Program-made: the position numbers and the translations under genes | Shown: positions 47,179 to 56,737 of the stretch, in pieces | How positions within the stretch are numbered: the stretch's first letter is position 1 | How the letters are laid out: each line of letters starts with the position of its first letter | Assembly (NCBI GenBank): GCA_003599535.1 | Contig: QZKQ01000131.1 | Coordinates: forward strand, 22,612 to 86,611 | Source: Candidatus Zixiibacteriota bacterium | Lineage (GTDB): Bacteria > Electryoneota > B3-LCP | Reading direction: 5' to 3' | DNA length: 64,000 nt | Notes under the pieces: model-generated | Database searches by the model: none | Seen by the model: only the letters and a program-made list of their open reading frames with translations | What the model was told of the DNA's origin: nothing

Positions 47179-47883
47179 TTAAATTCCGACAGAAAGGGAA
47201 AACTGGAAAAACGGGCTGATCAGATCCAACTCCTGAGCGCCATAGAGATCATTGCCGTTTATCATCCAGTTATCCGCGCCCAGCTTCACCAGCGGGACCT
47301 CCACACTACCGCTGATCGCCAGCCAGGTGGCGGGATAAAAGCGCGCTCCCACGCGGGGTTGCGGCCAGAAAAAGCGTTGTTCCATTTCGGCGGTCAGATT
47401 GGTGGCAGAATCCGAGGGCGCCGGTTGGAACTGTCCCCAGACGTCATCCCACCCCACCGGGCTGGTATTGCGCTCCAGCCGAACCGAAGCCCAGCCCGCT
47501 CCCACGGATGCCCCGGCATACGCTTCGAAGCGAGGGATGTCCAGGAAGCGGTATTCGATCAGCAGGCCCAACAGAGTCAGATTGAAACTGGCTTCCCGGG
47601 CCACCCCGCCGGACAGGGTTTCAACGCTGTTGCCTCCCGTCAGCACCGTCACTCCCACGCGCAACGGGTCCGACAGGTGAGCGAAGCCCTGCGCGCCGTA
47701 CAGCAGCAGGGGATCATCCAATTCGGGCATTCCCAAGGCCCGAAGTTCCTCATTTACCGGCCCCAGGTCCGGATTGTAGATTGCGAAATTAAAACTGGCA
47801 GCCCCCCGGTAACCGTAAGAAATGGCCTGCGCGGCCATGCACGGTAAGAAAATCACAAGCAGAAGCAGAGTGATCTTTCGCAT
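47179..47883 (-). CDS. Secreted hypothetical protein, probably a small outer-membrane beta-barrel; first gene of the cytochrome operon
   Basis: Signal peptide MRKITLLLLVIFLPCMAAQA. Alternating hydrophobic beta-strand-like segments. No known-family motif. Confidence 0.4.
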   Translation of the reverse strand: MRKITLLLLVIFLPCMAAQAISYGYRGAASFNFAIYNPDLGPVNEELRALGMPELDDPLLLYGAQGFAHLSDPLRVGVTVLTGGNSVETLSGGVAREASFNLTLLGLLIEYRFLDIPRFEAYAGASVGAGWASVRLERNTSPVGWDDVWGQFQPAPSDSATNLTAEMEQRFFWPQPRVGARFYPATWLAISGSVEVPLVKLGADNWMINGNDLYGAQELDLISPFFQFSLSVGI

Positions 47884-47927
47884 TGCTCCTCCAGGTAGTT
47901 ATAATTTAGGAAAAGAAATTCGATAAG

Positions 47928-48653
47928 TCAAGTCTTGAGTTGTTGAATTTCCGACATCTTCAGGTCCCGCCAGTGGCCCGGAGCCAGGTCTCCTAAGGTC
48001 AAACTACCCAGGCGCACGCGGTGGAGCTTCTCGATGGGCAGGTCAATGGCCTTCAAGGTGCGGCGGATCTGCCGCTTGCGGCCTTCGGTCAGGATGACCT
48101 TCAGGCGCCTCTCCCCCATCTTCTCGGTGACCTTGAAGCGAGAGAAGCCATCTTCGATGGTGAGGCCGGCGCGCAGCCGTTCCAGGTCCGCCTCGGTGAT
48201 GGGGCGGCCGGTATGGATGTGGTACTCCCGTTCGATCTGGTAGGAAGGGTGAATGAGCTTCTGGACCAGCTCGCCGTCATCGGTCAGCAGGATCAGCCCG
48301 GAAGTGTCGCGGTCCAGGCGGCCGGCGGGGAAAACGCGCTGGGGAACTTTCACCAGGTCCAGGATGGTCTGGCCTCGTTCGCGGCTGGGCTGGCAGGTGC
48401 TCAGCACTCCCACCGGCTTATTGAAGATGATGTAGCGGTACTCCTGGAGCGGCTTGACCAGGTGGCCCCGGACCTTGACTTCCACGTGATCCGGGTTGAT
48501 GCGGGTCTCGGGAGTGTTTACCACCTGTCCGTTAACCTGCACCCAGCCGGCGCGGATGTACTCCTCGCTCTTGCGGCGCGAGGCCACTCCGCAGCGGGCC
48601 AGGTACTTGGCCAGCTTTTCCGTCTGTTCGATAACGTCTGACACAGAATACAT
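47928..48653 (-). CDS. rRNA pseudouridine synthase, RsuA/RluB family (S4 domain plus catalytic domain)
   Basis: S4 motif YLARCGVASRR. Catalytic FPAGRLDRDTSGLILLT. Confidence 0.8.
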   Translation of the reverse strand: MYSVSDVIEQTEKLAKYLARCGVASRRKSEEYIRAGWVQVNGQVVNTPETRINPDHVEVKVRGHLVKPLQEYRYIIFNKPVGVLSTCQPSRERGQTILDLVKVPQRVFPAGRLDRDTSGLILLTDDGELVQKLIHPSYQIEREYHIHTGRPITEADLERLRAGLTIEDGFSRFKVTEKMGERRLKVILTEGRKRQIRRTLKAIDLPIEKLHRVRLGSLTLGDLAPGHWRDLKMSEIQQLKT

Positions 48654-48754
48654 CACCCGGACTCCGGGGCCAGTGGTGGAAAACAAGGGTAGGGGCACGG
48701 GCGTTCCCGTACCCCTACAGGATATTCGTCCCCCGGCGTTTCCGTATTTGCCGC

Positions 48755-49498
48755 CTACGGCGTCTTTTTCATGAATACGGAAAACAGGTCGATGGGGATG
48801 GGGAAGATGGTGGTGGAGTTGTTTTCCGAGGCGACTTCCGAGAGGGTCTGCAGGTAGCGCAACTGCAGGGCCATGGGGTGATCGCCGATGATGGTGGCGG
48901 CTTCGGCCAGGCGGGTGGCGGCCTGGAACTCGCCTTCGGCGTTGATCACCTTGGCGCGGCGCTCGCGCTCGGCTTCGGCCTGCCGGGCCATGGCGCGCTG
49001 CATGTCGGGAGGCAGGTCAACATGCTTGATTTCCACCAGCGACACCTTGACGCCCCAGGGATCGGTGTGCGCGTCGACGATCTCCTGCAGCTTCCGGTTG
49101 ATCTTCTCCCGTTCGGCCAGCAGGTCATCCATTTCCACCTGGCCCAGCACGGAACGCAGGGTGGTCTGGGCGATCTGGCTGGTGGCGTAGAGGTAGTTTT
49201 CCACTTCGACTACGGCCTTGTTGGCGTCCATAACGCGGAAATTCAACACCGCGTTGACCTTGATGGAGACGTTATCCCGGGTGATTACGTCCTGGGGCGG
49301 CACGTCGGAGACGATGGTCCGCAGGGAAATGCGCCGCATACGATCCACAATGGGGATCAGCAGGATGACGCCCGGCCCCTTGGCGCCGATCAGGCGCCCC
49401 AGCCGAAAGATGACGGCCCGTTCGTATTCGTTCAAAACCTTGATGGCGGATGCAAGCAACAGGACAATCAGTCCGATCAGAATGGCAATACCCGGCAT
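48755..49498 (-). CDS. SPFH/band-7 (stomatin-like) membrane protein
   Basis: N-terminal [17 protein letters not shown], then the stomatin core ([13 protein letters not shown] ... coiled-coil [14 protein letters not shown]). Start taken at 49498. Confidence 0.75.
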   Translation of the reverse strand: MPGIAILIGLIVLLLASAIKVLNEYERAVIFRLGRLIGAKGPGVILLIPIVDRMRRISLRTIVSDVPPQDVITRDNVSIKVNAVLNFRVMDANKAVVEVENYLYATSQIAQTTLRSVLGQVEMDDLLAEREKINRKLQEIVDAHTDPWGVKVSLVEIKHVDLPPDMQRAMARQAEAERERRAKVINAEGEFQAATRLAEAATIIGDHPMALQLRYLQTLSEVASENNSTTIFPIPIDLFSVFMKKTP

Positions 49499-49542
49499 GG
49501 CATTCCTCCGTTGAGTAAGAAAAGAATCCCAGAATGGCGCGG

Positions 49543-49836
49543 TCAGCGGTTTTCCAGTATCAGGTAGAGGCCCAGAATGATCAACGCCGCAGGGATCCAG
49601 GGAATTTCGAAGTAGAACCAATCGAAGTGATTGGCCAACAGAATGAGCCCCACGACCAGCAGCGCGATGCCCCAGAAGGAGTTGTCGCGGGAGCGGCGGT
49701 GAGGCGGAGTGAGGGGAGGAAGCGGCGAGCCGGAGGCGGAGAACCGCTGGTCGAGCGACTTTTCCAGGTCCTCGATGCGTTTCTCCAGTCTGGCGACTAT
49801 GTCTTCCACCCGGCGTTCCAGATCTTCAGTACTCAT
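49543..49836 (-). CDS. Small hypothetical membrane protein (N-terminal coiled coil plus 2 TM)
   Basis: 97 aa, a charged helical N-terminus followed by two hydrophobic helices. No family recognised. Confidence 0.4.
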   Translation of the reverse strand: MSTEDLERRVEDIVARLEKRIEDLEKSLDQRFSASGSPLPPLTPPHRRSRDNSFWGIALLVVGLILLANHFDWFYFEIPWIPAALIILGLYLILENR

Positions 49837-49948
49837 GGCAGAGCCTACCTTGAGAACCGGTCATCGGGAGGGAGAAGAATTTTAGCGGACAGAAATTGCG
49901 CGCCAGCGCTTTATTCCCCGCGCAATTTCTGTCCTGGAATCATGCGGT

Positions 49949-50344
49949 TCAGGAAGACTTCCGCATCCGCCGAGGTTCCGGGGCGGACATGCCCAAACCC
50001 TTGGCTTCCACAGAATCCTCACCGGCCTGCGCCGCATTCTGGGCGGCCTTGCGGCGGCGATACCATTCCCGCTGATACTTGAGGCGCTCCTCGCGGTGCG
50101 TCCGGTAATAATTCAGCAGGTAGGAACGGCGCTTCTTGTACTGCTGCCGCTGGCGCTGTAGCAGTTCTTCGCGGTTCAACTGGTAGTAATCCCGCGTGAC
50201 GGCGCGGTAGCATTCCTTGCACCGGGACCGCAGTACGGTCGTGCCGGCGCCGGTCTTTTGAGTGTAGAATTCAGAGGCAGGGAGCTTGCGGTGGCAGAGG
50301 TTACAAACCTTCTCCTCCTTCATCTTGCGTCCTTTGCTTGTCAT
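49949..50344 (-). CDS. Hypothetical basic zinc-ribbon protein
   Basis: CNLCH ... CKEC pairs. Arg/Lys-rich coiled C-terminus. 131 aa. Confidence 0.4.
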   Translation of the reverse strand: MTSKGRKMKEEKVCNLCHRKLPASEFYTQKTGAGTTVLRSRCKECYRAVTRDYYQLNREELLQRQRQQYKKRRSYLLNYYRTHREERLKYQREWYRRRKAAQNAAQAGEDSVEAKGLGMSAPEPRRMRKSS

Positions 50345-50382
50345 GTCTTAGCCCGTTGTGATACTGTTGATGGTTGTTGCGT

Positions 50383-51708
50383 TTACTCTGTGTAGGGTTC
50401 TACCTGCAGCACGAGCTGCTTCACGCCGGTAACCCTGACCGGCTGACCGGCAGGGATCGTTCCGGCCATCGCCTTGGCGTACCATATCTCGCCGTGGATT
50501 TTCACCTGGCCGGTGGGCGCCAGATCTTCGATGGCTCTCCCGATCTCGCCGATCATGCCTTCATACCCCGTGGTGGGTTTGCGCCGCTGCGCGCGGGCGG
50601 CCAAGCCGATGGCCAGCGCGAAGAACAGCAAGGTGCCCAGGGCCGCAGGGATGATGACACTCCAAGATATCCGTAACCCCGGAATCGGCGAATCAATCAG
50701 CATCACCGATCCCAATACCAAGGCGATCGTTCCTCCGATGGACAGTATTCCGTAGCTGGTCACCTTGATCTCCAGGAGAAACAGGATAACGGATAACAGT
50801 ATCAACAACAGTCCGGCAATATTGACGGGCAGCGTCTGAAAGGCGAAGAAAGCCAGGATCAGACAGATGCCGCCGATGACTCCGGGAACGATGGCTCCCG
50901 GATTGTACAGTTCGAAGAACAGGCCGTAGATGCCCAGAAGCATCAACACGTAGGCGATGTTGGGGTTGCTGATCAGGTCCAGAAGCTGGTCCCGCCAGGA
51001 CATGGGGATCTCTTCCAGCTCGGCCGCCCGGGTCTGAAGCGTGTCCGGCCCCAGGGGCAGTTCCACCACCCGCCCGTCCACCATGGCCAGGAGACTGTCC
51101 CGGGAAGGGGCAACCAGGTCCACCACGTTCAGAGTCAGCGCCTCCGTTTCGGTGATGGAGGCGGATTCCCGCACCGCCTTTTCCGCCCAGTCGGCGTTGC
51201 GTCCGCGCCGTTCGGCCAGGGATCGGGCGAAGGCCGCCGCATCGTTGACCATCTTGCCGGCCATGACCGAATCCGGCTGCGCGCCCATGGTCACAGGGTG
51301 GGCCGCCCCGATGTTGGTGCCGGGAGCCATGGCGGCCACGTGCGCGGCCAGGGTGACAAAGACTCCCGCCGACCCCGCCCGCGCGCCCGAAGGCGCCACG
51401 TAGACGATTACCGGTACTTCGGCGCCCAGCAGGTCCTTGGCGATAATCCGCATGGACTCCATCAGTCCGCCGGGCGTATCCAGCTCGATCAGCAGGGCTT
51501 CGGCGCCGCTCTCTTCAGCTTCTTCCAAGGCATCGGAAATGAACCGGGCGCTGGCGGGATGAATCACTCCATCAACTTCGATCCATAGAACGGTAGAGGC
51601 AACGGCGGGGGCATGGATCAGAAGGATTCCCAGGAAAATCCAGAATATCGGGTAACGCTTCACAGTCCGCTCAGGAATAGGGTTGTTGATGACAATAACT
51701 CCGATCAA
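50383..51708 (-). CDS. NfeD-family membrane-bound serine protease (ClpP-class) with C-terminal OB domain
   Basis: ClpP-like core (PGGLMESMRII ... VAPSGARAGSAGVF ... GAAHPV). Multi-TM segment. C-terminal OB-fold (VKIHGEIWYAKA). Confidence 0.75.
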   Translation of the reverse strand: MIGVIVINNPIPERTVKRYPIFWIFLGILLIHAPAVASTVLWIEVDGVIHPASARFISDALEEAEESGAEALLIELDTPGGLMESMRIIAKDLLGAEVPVIVYVAPSGARAGSAGVFVTLAAHVAAMAPGTNIGAAHPVTMGAQPDSVMAGKMVNDAAAFARSLAERRGRNADWAEKAVRESASITETEALTLNVVDLVAPSRDSLLAMVDGRVVELPLGPDTLQTRAAELEEIPMSWRDQLLDLISNPNIAYVLMLLGIYGLFFELYNPGAIVPGVIGGICLILAFFAFQTLPVNIAGLLLILLSVILFLLEIKVTSYGILSIGGTIALVLGSVMLIDSPIPGLRISWSVIIPAALGTLLFFALAIGLAARAQRRKPTTGYEGMIGEIGRAIEDLAPTGQVKIHGEIWYAKAMAGTIPAGQPVRVTGVKQLVLQVEPYTE

Positions 51709-51838
51709 GAGCTAAATATACAACATGAAAACAGAAAAATCAAGTTTTTATATGAAAAATTATTATTGTCGCGAGGGCTCTTTGGCTGTAAAAAAATGAA
51801 AATTTTTATCTTTTTGTACGCTGTAATTACTTAAATAA

Positions 51839-51866
51839 CAGGGGCGCATCACCATGCGCCCCCTTG
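51839..51866 (-). terminator. Rho-independent terminator of selA
   Basis: GGGGGCGCAUGGUGAUGCGCCCC hairpin followed by UGUUAUUUAAGUAAUU on the minus strand. The adjacent AT-rich 51709-51830 probably carries the nfeD promoter. Confidence 0.6.
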
Positions 51867-51903
51867 CCGTCATCAAATGTAATCCGCCGCTATTTCAATG
51901 GTT

Positions 51904-53346
51904 TTATTTTACTTTCCCTGAAGGTACACTTGTCGTGAAGTTTTTCTTTTTAAGCGCGCCGGCCAGAATTTCGGCCAGGAGCGCGATCTCCTCGTCAGGG
52001 ACGGCCTTCAAGTCGAGCAGGAGCGCCTCGCGCTGGAGGTATCCCACCACTGGAGGATTTTCTCTTCTCAGCCCCTGGGCCAGGACGGCGGCAGGCATCC
52101 CGCGGACGGACACGCGCAGGGCCGCCGAGGGGAATTCTTCCAGCGGCAGCGCGCCGGAGCCCAACTGGGCTTTGGCGGGGACAATTTCCACGGTAACTTC
52201 TTCCGGCAAACCCAGGGTGTCGAGCCGGTCCCGCAGCGCCTGCGCCCGGCTCTGGGCGGCTTCCGGAGATTCGGCCAGCCGGGCCAGCACCGGGTGATGT
52301 TCCAACAGCCGTTCCGGCGCCAGGTAGAGCTTCAGGGTCTCTTCCAGCAGCGCCAGGGTGAACTTATCCGGCCGCAGGGCGCGCATCAGCGGATTCTTGC
52401 GGACCTTCGCCAGGGTTTCCCGCCGGCCCACCAGGATGCCGGCCTGCGGCCCGCCCAGGATTTTGTCGCCACTGAACGTCACCACGTCCGCGCCCGCGAC
52501 CACCCCGGCAGAAGCCAGCGGTTCGGGCGGCAGGCCCCAGCGCGCCAGGTCCAGGAGGACCCCGCCCCCCAAGTCGTGGATCAGGGGCACGTTATACCGG
52601 CGGCAGAGCCCGGCCAACTCCCCGATCTCCACCTCGTGCACGAATCCTTTCACGCGGTAGTTGCTGGTGTGAGCCAGCAGCACGGCGCCGGTTTTGGGCG
52701 AGAGGGCGGCCTCGTAATCCTGCAGGTAGGTGCGGTTGGTGGTACCGACTTCTACCAGGCGCGCGCCCGATTTGCGCATCACTTCCGGCAACCGGAAGGA
52801 CCCGCCGATCTCGATCAACTGGCCTCGGGAGACGATCGCTTCCCGGCGGTTGGCCAGGGTGTTCAGGGCCAGGAGTACGGCGGCGGCGTTGTTGTTGACC
52901 ACCGCGGAACTCTCCGCTCCGGTGAGAAATTCCAGCAGGTCGCCCAGGGTGTCCTGGCGGTCGCCGCGCTGTCCGGTGGCCAAGTCCAGTTCCAAGTTGC
53001 AGGCCCCCCGGACGCGTTCGAAGGCGCGGCGGAAGGCTTCGTCCAGCAGCGGAGCGCGCCCCAGGCCGGTGTGCAGGAGAATTCCGGTGGCATTAATGAC
53101 ACGCTGCAGCCTGGGCTCCAGGAAGGCCTCCAGCCGAATCTGAACGCGGCGGATCAGGATCTCCATGTCCGGGACCGCCTCCGCGCCGGCCAGGAGATCC
53201 TGGCGCGATTCTTCGATGGCGTCGCGGGCGAAGCGCTTGATCAGTTCGTGCGACCAGGCAGCGGCCAGATCCCGGAGCGGGGGCGTCTCCAGCAGCGCGT
53301 TGACCTGGGGAAGAGCCTTCAGGCGGGATTGCAGAACAGCGTCCAT
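51904..53346 (-). CDS. selA: L-seryl-tRNA(Sec) selenium transferase
   Basis: PLP-lysine region FSGDKILGGPQAGILVG. Length and conserved blocks typical of SelA. Confidence 0.8.
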   Translation of the reverse strand: MDAVLQSRLKALPQVNALLETPPLRDLAAAWSHELIKRFARDAIEESRQDLLAGAEAVPDMEILIRRVQIRLEAFLEPRLQRVINATGILLHTGLGRAPLLDEAFRRAFERVRGACNLELDLATGQRGDRQDTLGDLLEFLTGAESSAVVNNNAAAVLLALNTLANRREAIVSRGQLIEIGGSFRLPEVMRKSGARLVEVGTTNRTYLQDYEAALSPKTGAVLLAHTSNYRVKGFVHEVEIGELAGLCRRYNVPLIHDLGGGVLLDLARWGLPPEPLASAGVVAGADVVTFSGDKILGGPQAGILVGRRETLAKVRKNPLMRALRPDKFTLALLEETLKLYLAPERLLEHHPVLARLAESPEAAQSRAQALRDRLDTLGLPEEVTVEIVPAKAQLGSGALPLEEFPSAALRVSVRGMPAAVLAQGLRRENPPVVGYLQREALLLDLKAVPDEEIALLAEILAGALKKKNFTTSVPSGKVK

Positions 53347-53523
53347 AAGTTCATCATGAGGGGTCCAACGTGCCGGAAGCTGTTCCCGGAAGCCCCGGCG
53401 TCACGGTTCTGCCACTGGGATTGTGGCTGAAGTCGCGCACTGCTTCGCCGGGTTTTCCGGAACAGCCTCCGGTATTGAATGCCCGCGCCACGTGTTCCGC
53501 CCAGGTGAACGGGCGGCGCGGAA

Positions 53524-54939
53524 TCAGTAGTTCTTGATGTTGCGGATGCCGATCCAAACGGCATGGAAGAAGCCGTTGCCCGATTCCCGCAGGTAGCGGA
53601 TGAAGTAGGTGCCGATGAAGATCACGTTGTAGAGCGGGTCCAGGTTGACGTGCGCCAGCTTGCGGATGACGGGGATGAACCAGGGGAATTTCACCCCCAG
53701 GTAAAACAGCTTCTGGACGCGAATGACTTCCTTGATCTCCGGTTGGTTCAAACGGCTGGAGCGGAACACCGATTTGCCCATGCTGTCTATGGTGAAATCG
53801 GCCTCCAGGTAGCCCATCTGCCGGGCGATGGCCTCGGTCTGGGTGCCGGGGTGCGGCTGGTAGATGGCGTGCCAGGGATAATCCACCTTGGCCTGGGCGT
53901 TCAGACGGACCGTGTCCAGGGCTTCTTCCAGGGTTTCCGAAGGGCATCCCAGGATGTTGTACGCGGTCACTTTGACGCCGTTGCGGTGGAGCATGTCCAC
54001 GGCCTTCAGGAATTGCTCGTTGGTCACTCCCTTGCCCATGATGATGTTGCGCACCCGCGGATTGCCCGATTCCAACCCCATCATGACGTGGTGGCAGCCG
54101 TACCGGCCCAGGAGCTGCGCCACGCGCTCCTTCATCATGTTGATGCGCGCCTGGCAACCGAAGGGTATGCCGACTTCCTTCTGGTACATGGGCAGGAATT
54201 TTTCCAGCCACTCGACGTCGTAGATGAAGATGTCGTCGTTGAAGATCACCCGCCTGGTGGGGAAGCTGTTCTTGCAGCGCACCAGCTCCTCGATGACCCG
54301 TTCGGGAGAATTGCGGCGCAGGATCTCCTTCCCCTTCAGGTTGTACATCTTGCGAAATTCCTGGTTGAAGCAGAAGTAGCAGTTGTGGGGGCAGCCCCGG
54401 CCGCTCATGAACTGCTTGTGGTAGGAATCGCGCAGGGTGGGATATTTATAGTAGAAGTGCCGGTCGGCGATGGGGTACTTGTCCAGGTTGGGTTCCAAGG
54501 GGCGCAGGGGATTGCTGATGATCTCCCCGTTGCGCTTGGTCACCAGGTTGGGGATGTGGAGGTAATCTTCCCCCCGGTCGTGTGCGTCCAGGAAATCCGC
54601 CAGGGCTTCTTCGGCCTCGCCGCGGATGATAACGTCCACTTCTTCATGCTGGATGGCCTGCGGGAAATAGGAAACGTAGGGTCCCCCGAAAATGGTCCCC
54701 ACCCCCAGGCGCTCTTTGACCTCACCGGCCAGGCGGTAGTTCTCGTGGTGCAGCCCGGCAATGGAGGAGAACCCCACCCAGTCCGGTTTGAAATCTTTCG
54801 CCTTATCCCAGAAGGCCTGGCCTTCCGCGGATCGTATCAGCACTTCGACTTCATGCCCCCTGGCCGGCAGATACCCGCACAAGGAGAGTACGCCCGGGTA
54901 TTCGAACTGGGAGTCATGGACGAAGAGCAACCTTGCCAT
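53524..54939 (-). CDS. B12-binding-domain radical SAM protein (class B), paralog 1
   Basis: N-terminal B12-binding-like Rossmann (LLFVHDSQFEY ... DWVGFSS). CPHNCYFC CxxxCxxC cluster. ~470 aa. Confidence 0.7.
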   Translation of the reverse strand: MARLLFVHDSQFEYPGVLSLCGYLPARGHEVEVLIRSAEGQAFWDKAKDFKPDWVGFSSIAGLHHENYRLAGEVKERLGVGTIFGGPYVSYFPQAIQHEEVDVIIRGEAEEALADFLDAHDRGEDYLHIPNLVTKRNGEIISNPLRPLEPNLDKYPIADRHFYYKYPTLRDSYHKQFMSGRGCPHNCYFCFNQEFRKMYNLKGKEILRRNSPERVIEELVRCKNSFPTRRVIFNDDIFIYDVEWLEKFLPMYQKEVGIPFGCQARINMMKERVAQLLGRYGCHHVMMGLESGNPRVRNIIMGKGVTNEQFLKAVDMLHRNGVKVTAYNILGCPSETLEEALDTVRLNAQAKVDYPWHAIYQPHPGTQTEAIARQMGYLEADFTIDSMGKSVFRSSRLNQPEIKEVIRVQKLFYLGVKFPWFIPVIRKLAHVNLDPLYNVIFIGTYFIRYLRESGNGFFHAVWIGIRNIKNY

Positions 54940-55140
54940 AGGAGTATCCTGGTAATTCTGCGGATATAAGTCATTGCATATAATGTAACAAAAAACACCG
55001 GGGAGTATCAAGACTTTTCCCCGGAATCTGCACGTAAGGCGAAGATCGCCCGCGCAGTGGCGTTCACTTTCTTTAAACCCAGAAAACCCTTCGCACGCGC
55101 GGCGAAGGGTTTTCTGGCAAGCGGAGGGATACGGGGAAAA

Positions 55141-56556
55141 TCAGTAGTGCTTCAGATTCCTGGCGCTGAACAGAATCGCCTGCCAGAGGCTGGCGCCGGA
55201 TTCGCCCACGTAACGGATGAAGTAGGTGATCAGAAAGATCAGGGTGTAAATCGGTCCCAGGTTGTAGCGCACCACCCGGCGTATGACCGGGATGAACCAG
55301 GGCATCTTGGCCCCCAAGTAGAAGAACTTGTGCACCCGCTCCACCTCGCGGATCTGGGGCTGCTTCAACAGGCTTCTTCCGAACACGGAGCGGCGTTGCT
55401 CTTCCACTGTGAAATTGGAATCCAGGTAGCCGTGCGCCCGGGCGATGGCGTCGGTCTGTGTGCCCGGGTGGGGATTGTAGAGCCCGAACCAGGGGTAATC
55501 CACCTTGGCTCGGGCGTTCAAGCGGACCGTGTCCAGAGCTTCATCCAGAGTCTCCGTGGGACACCCCAGGATGTTGTAGGCAGTGACCTTGACGCCGTAC
55601 TTGTGCAGCAGGTCGGCGGCCCTCAGGAATTGCTCATTGCTGAAGGTTTTTCCCATGATCTGATGGCGAACCCGGGTGTTGCCGGATTCCAGCCCGATCA
55701 TGACATGGTGGCACCCCCCCATGCCCAGCAGCCGGGCGATGCGATCCGTCACCATCTCGACCCGCGCCTGGCAGCCGAAGGGCACGTTGATTTCCTTTTT
55801 ATAGCGGGGTAGAAATACTTCCAGCCATGCGGGGTCCAGGATGAAGATGTCATCGTTGAACACCAGCCGCTTTACGGGCCACCGGGACTTGCACTGCGCC
55901 AGCTCTTCGATCATCCGCTCGGGGGAATGGCGACGCAACAGCTCTTTTCCTTTAATATCATAGAGCTTGCGGAATTCCTGGTTGAAGCAGAAATAGCAGT
56001 TGTAGGGGCAACCCCGGCCACTCATGAATTGCTTGTGGTAGGCGTTGCGGATGTGGGAATACTTGTAATAGATGGAACGGTTGGGAATGGGGTACTTGTC
56101 GAGGTTGCTTTCCAGCGGGTGAGGGGGGTTGGCGAGGACCTGGCCGTTGCGCTTGGTCACGATGCTGGGCAGGGAAACGTAGTCTTCGCCCCGGTCGTGG
56201 CTGTCCAGGAACAGCAGCAGGGACTCTTCGGCCTCGCCGCGGATGATGACGTCCACTTCCTCGTGTTGGATGGCTTGGGGGAAGTAGGAGACGTAGGGGC
56301 CGCCGAAGACGGTCCCGACCCCCAGTTTTTCCCTGGCCTCCCGAGCCAGGCGGTAGCACTGGTGATGCCGGCTGAAGATGGAAGAGAAGCCGACCCAATC
56401 CGGCTTGATCTCCCTGGCCTTATCCCACAGTGCCGCGCCTTCGCAGGATTCGACCAGCACTTCAACCGTATGCCCCTTCGATTGAAGATAACCGCTCAGA
56501 GAAAGAACACCCGGATACTCGAAGGGAGAATCATGGACGAAGAGTAACGTGGCCAT
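55141..56556 (-). CDS. B12-binding-domain radical SAM protein (class B), paralog 2 (tandem duplicate, ~75% identical)
   Basis: MATLLFVHDSPFEY ... CPYNCYFC. Collinear with paralog 1 over the full length. Confidence 0.7.
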   Translation of the reverse strand: MATLLFVHDSPFEYPGVLSLSGYLQSKGHTVEVLVESCEGAALWDKAREIKPDWVGFSSIFSRHHQCYRLAREAREKLGVGTVFGGPYVSYFPQAIQHEEVDVIIRGEAEESLLLFLDSHDRGEDYVSLPSIVTKRNGQVLANPPHPLESNLDKYPIPNRSIYYKYSHIRNAYHKQFMSGRGCPYNCYFCFNQEFRKLYDIKGKELLRRHSPERMIEELAQCKSRWPVKRLVFNDDIFILDPAWLEVFLPRYKKEINVPFGCQARVEMVTDRIARLLGMGGCHHVMIGLESGNTRVRHQIMGKTFSNEQFLRAADLLHKYGVKVTAYNILGCPTETLDEALDTVRLNARAKVDYPWFGLYNPHPGTQTDAIARAHGYLDSNFTVEEQRRSVFGRSLLKQPQIREVERVHKFFYLGAKMPWFIPVIRRVVRYNLGPIYTLIFLITYFIRYVGESGASLWQAILFSARNLKHY

Positions 56557-56737
56557 ATTTTCTCCTATCGGTTCACCGCATGTTTTCAATTTAAAATATT
56601 TTCATGCTATTGTCAAGCATTATTATTAAAATTACAATATTATTTTGATATTAGGATATTCAGTAGGGACAACAAAAAAGGACTACCGGTATATCCGGTA
56701 GTCCTTTCCGGCGGCTCGAGCCGCTTCATTCACAGGA

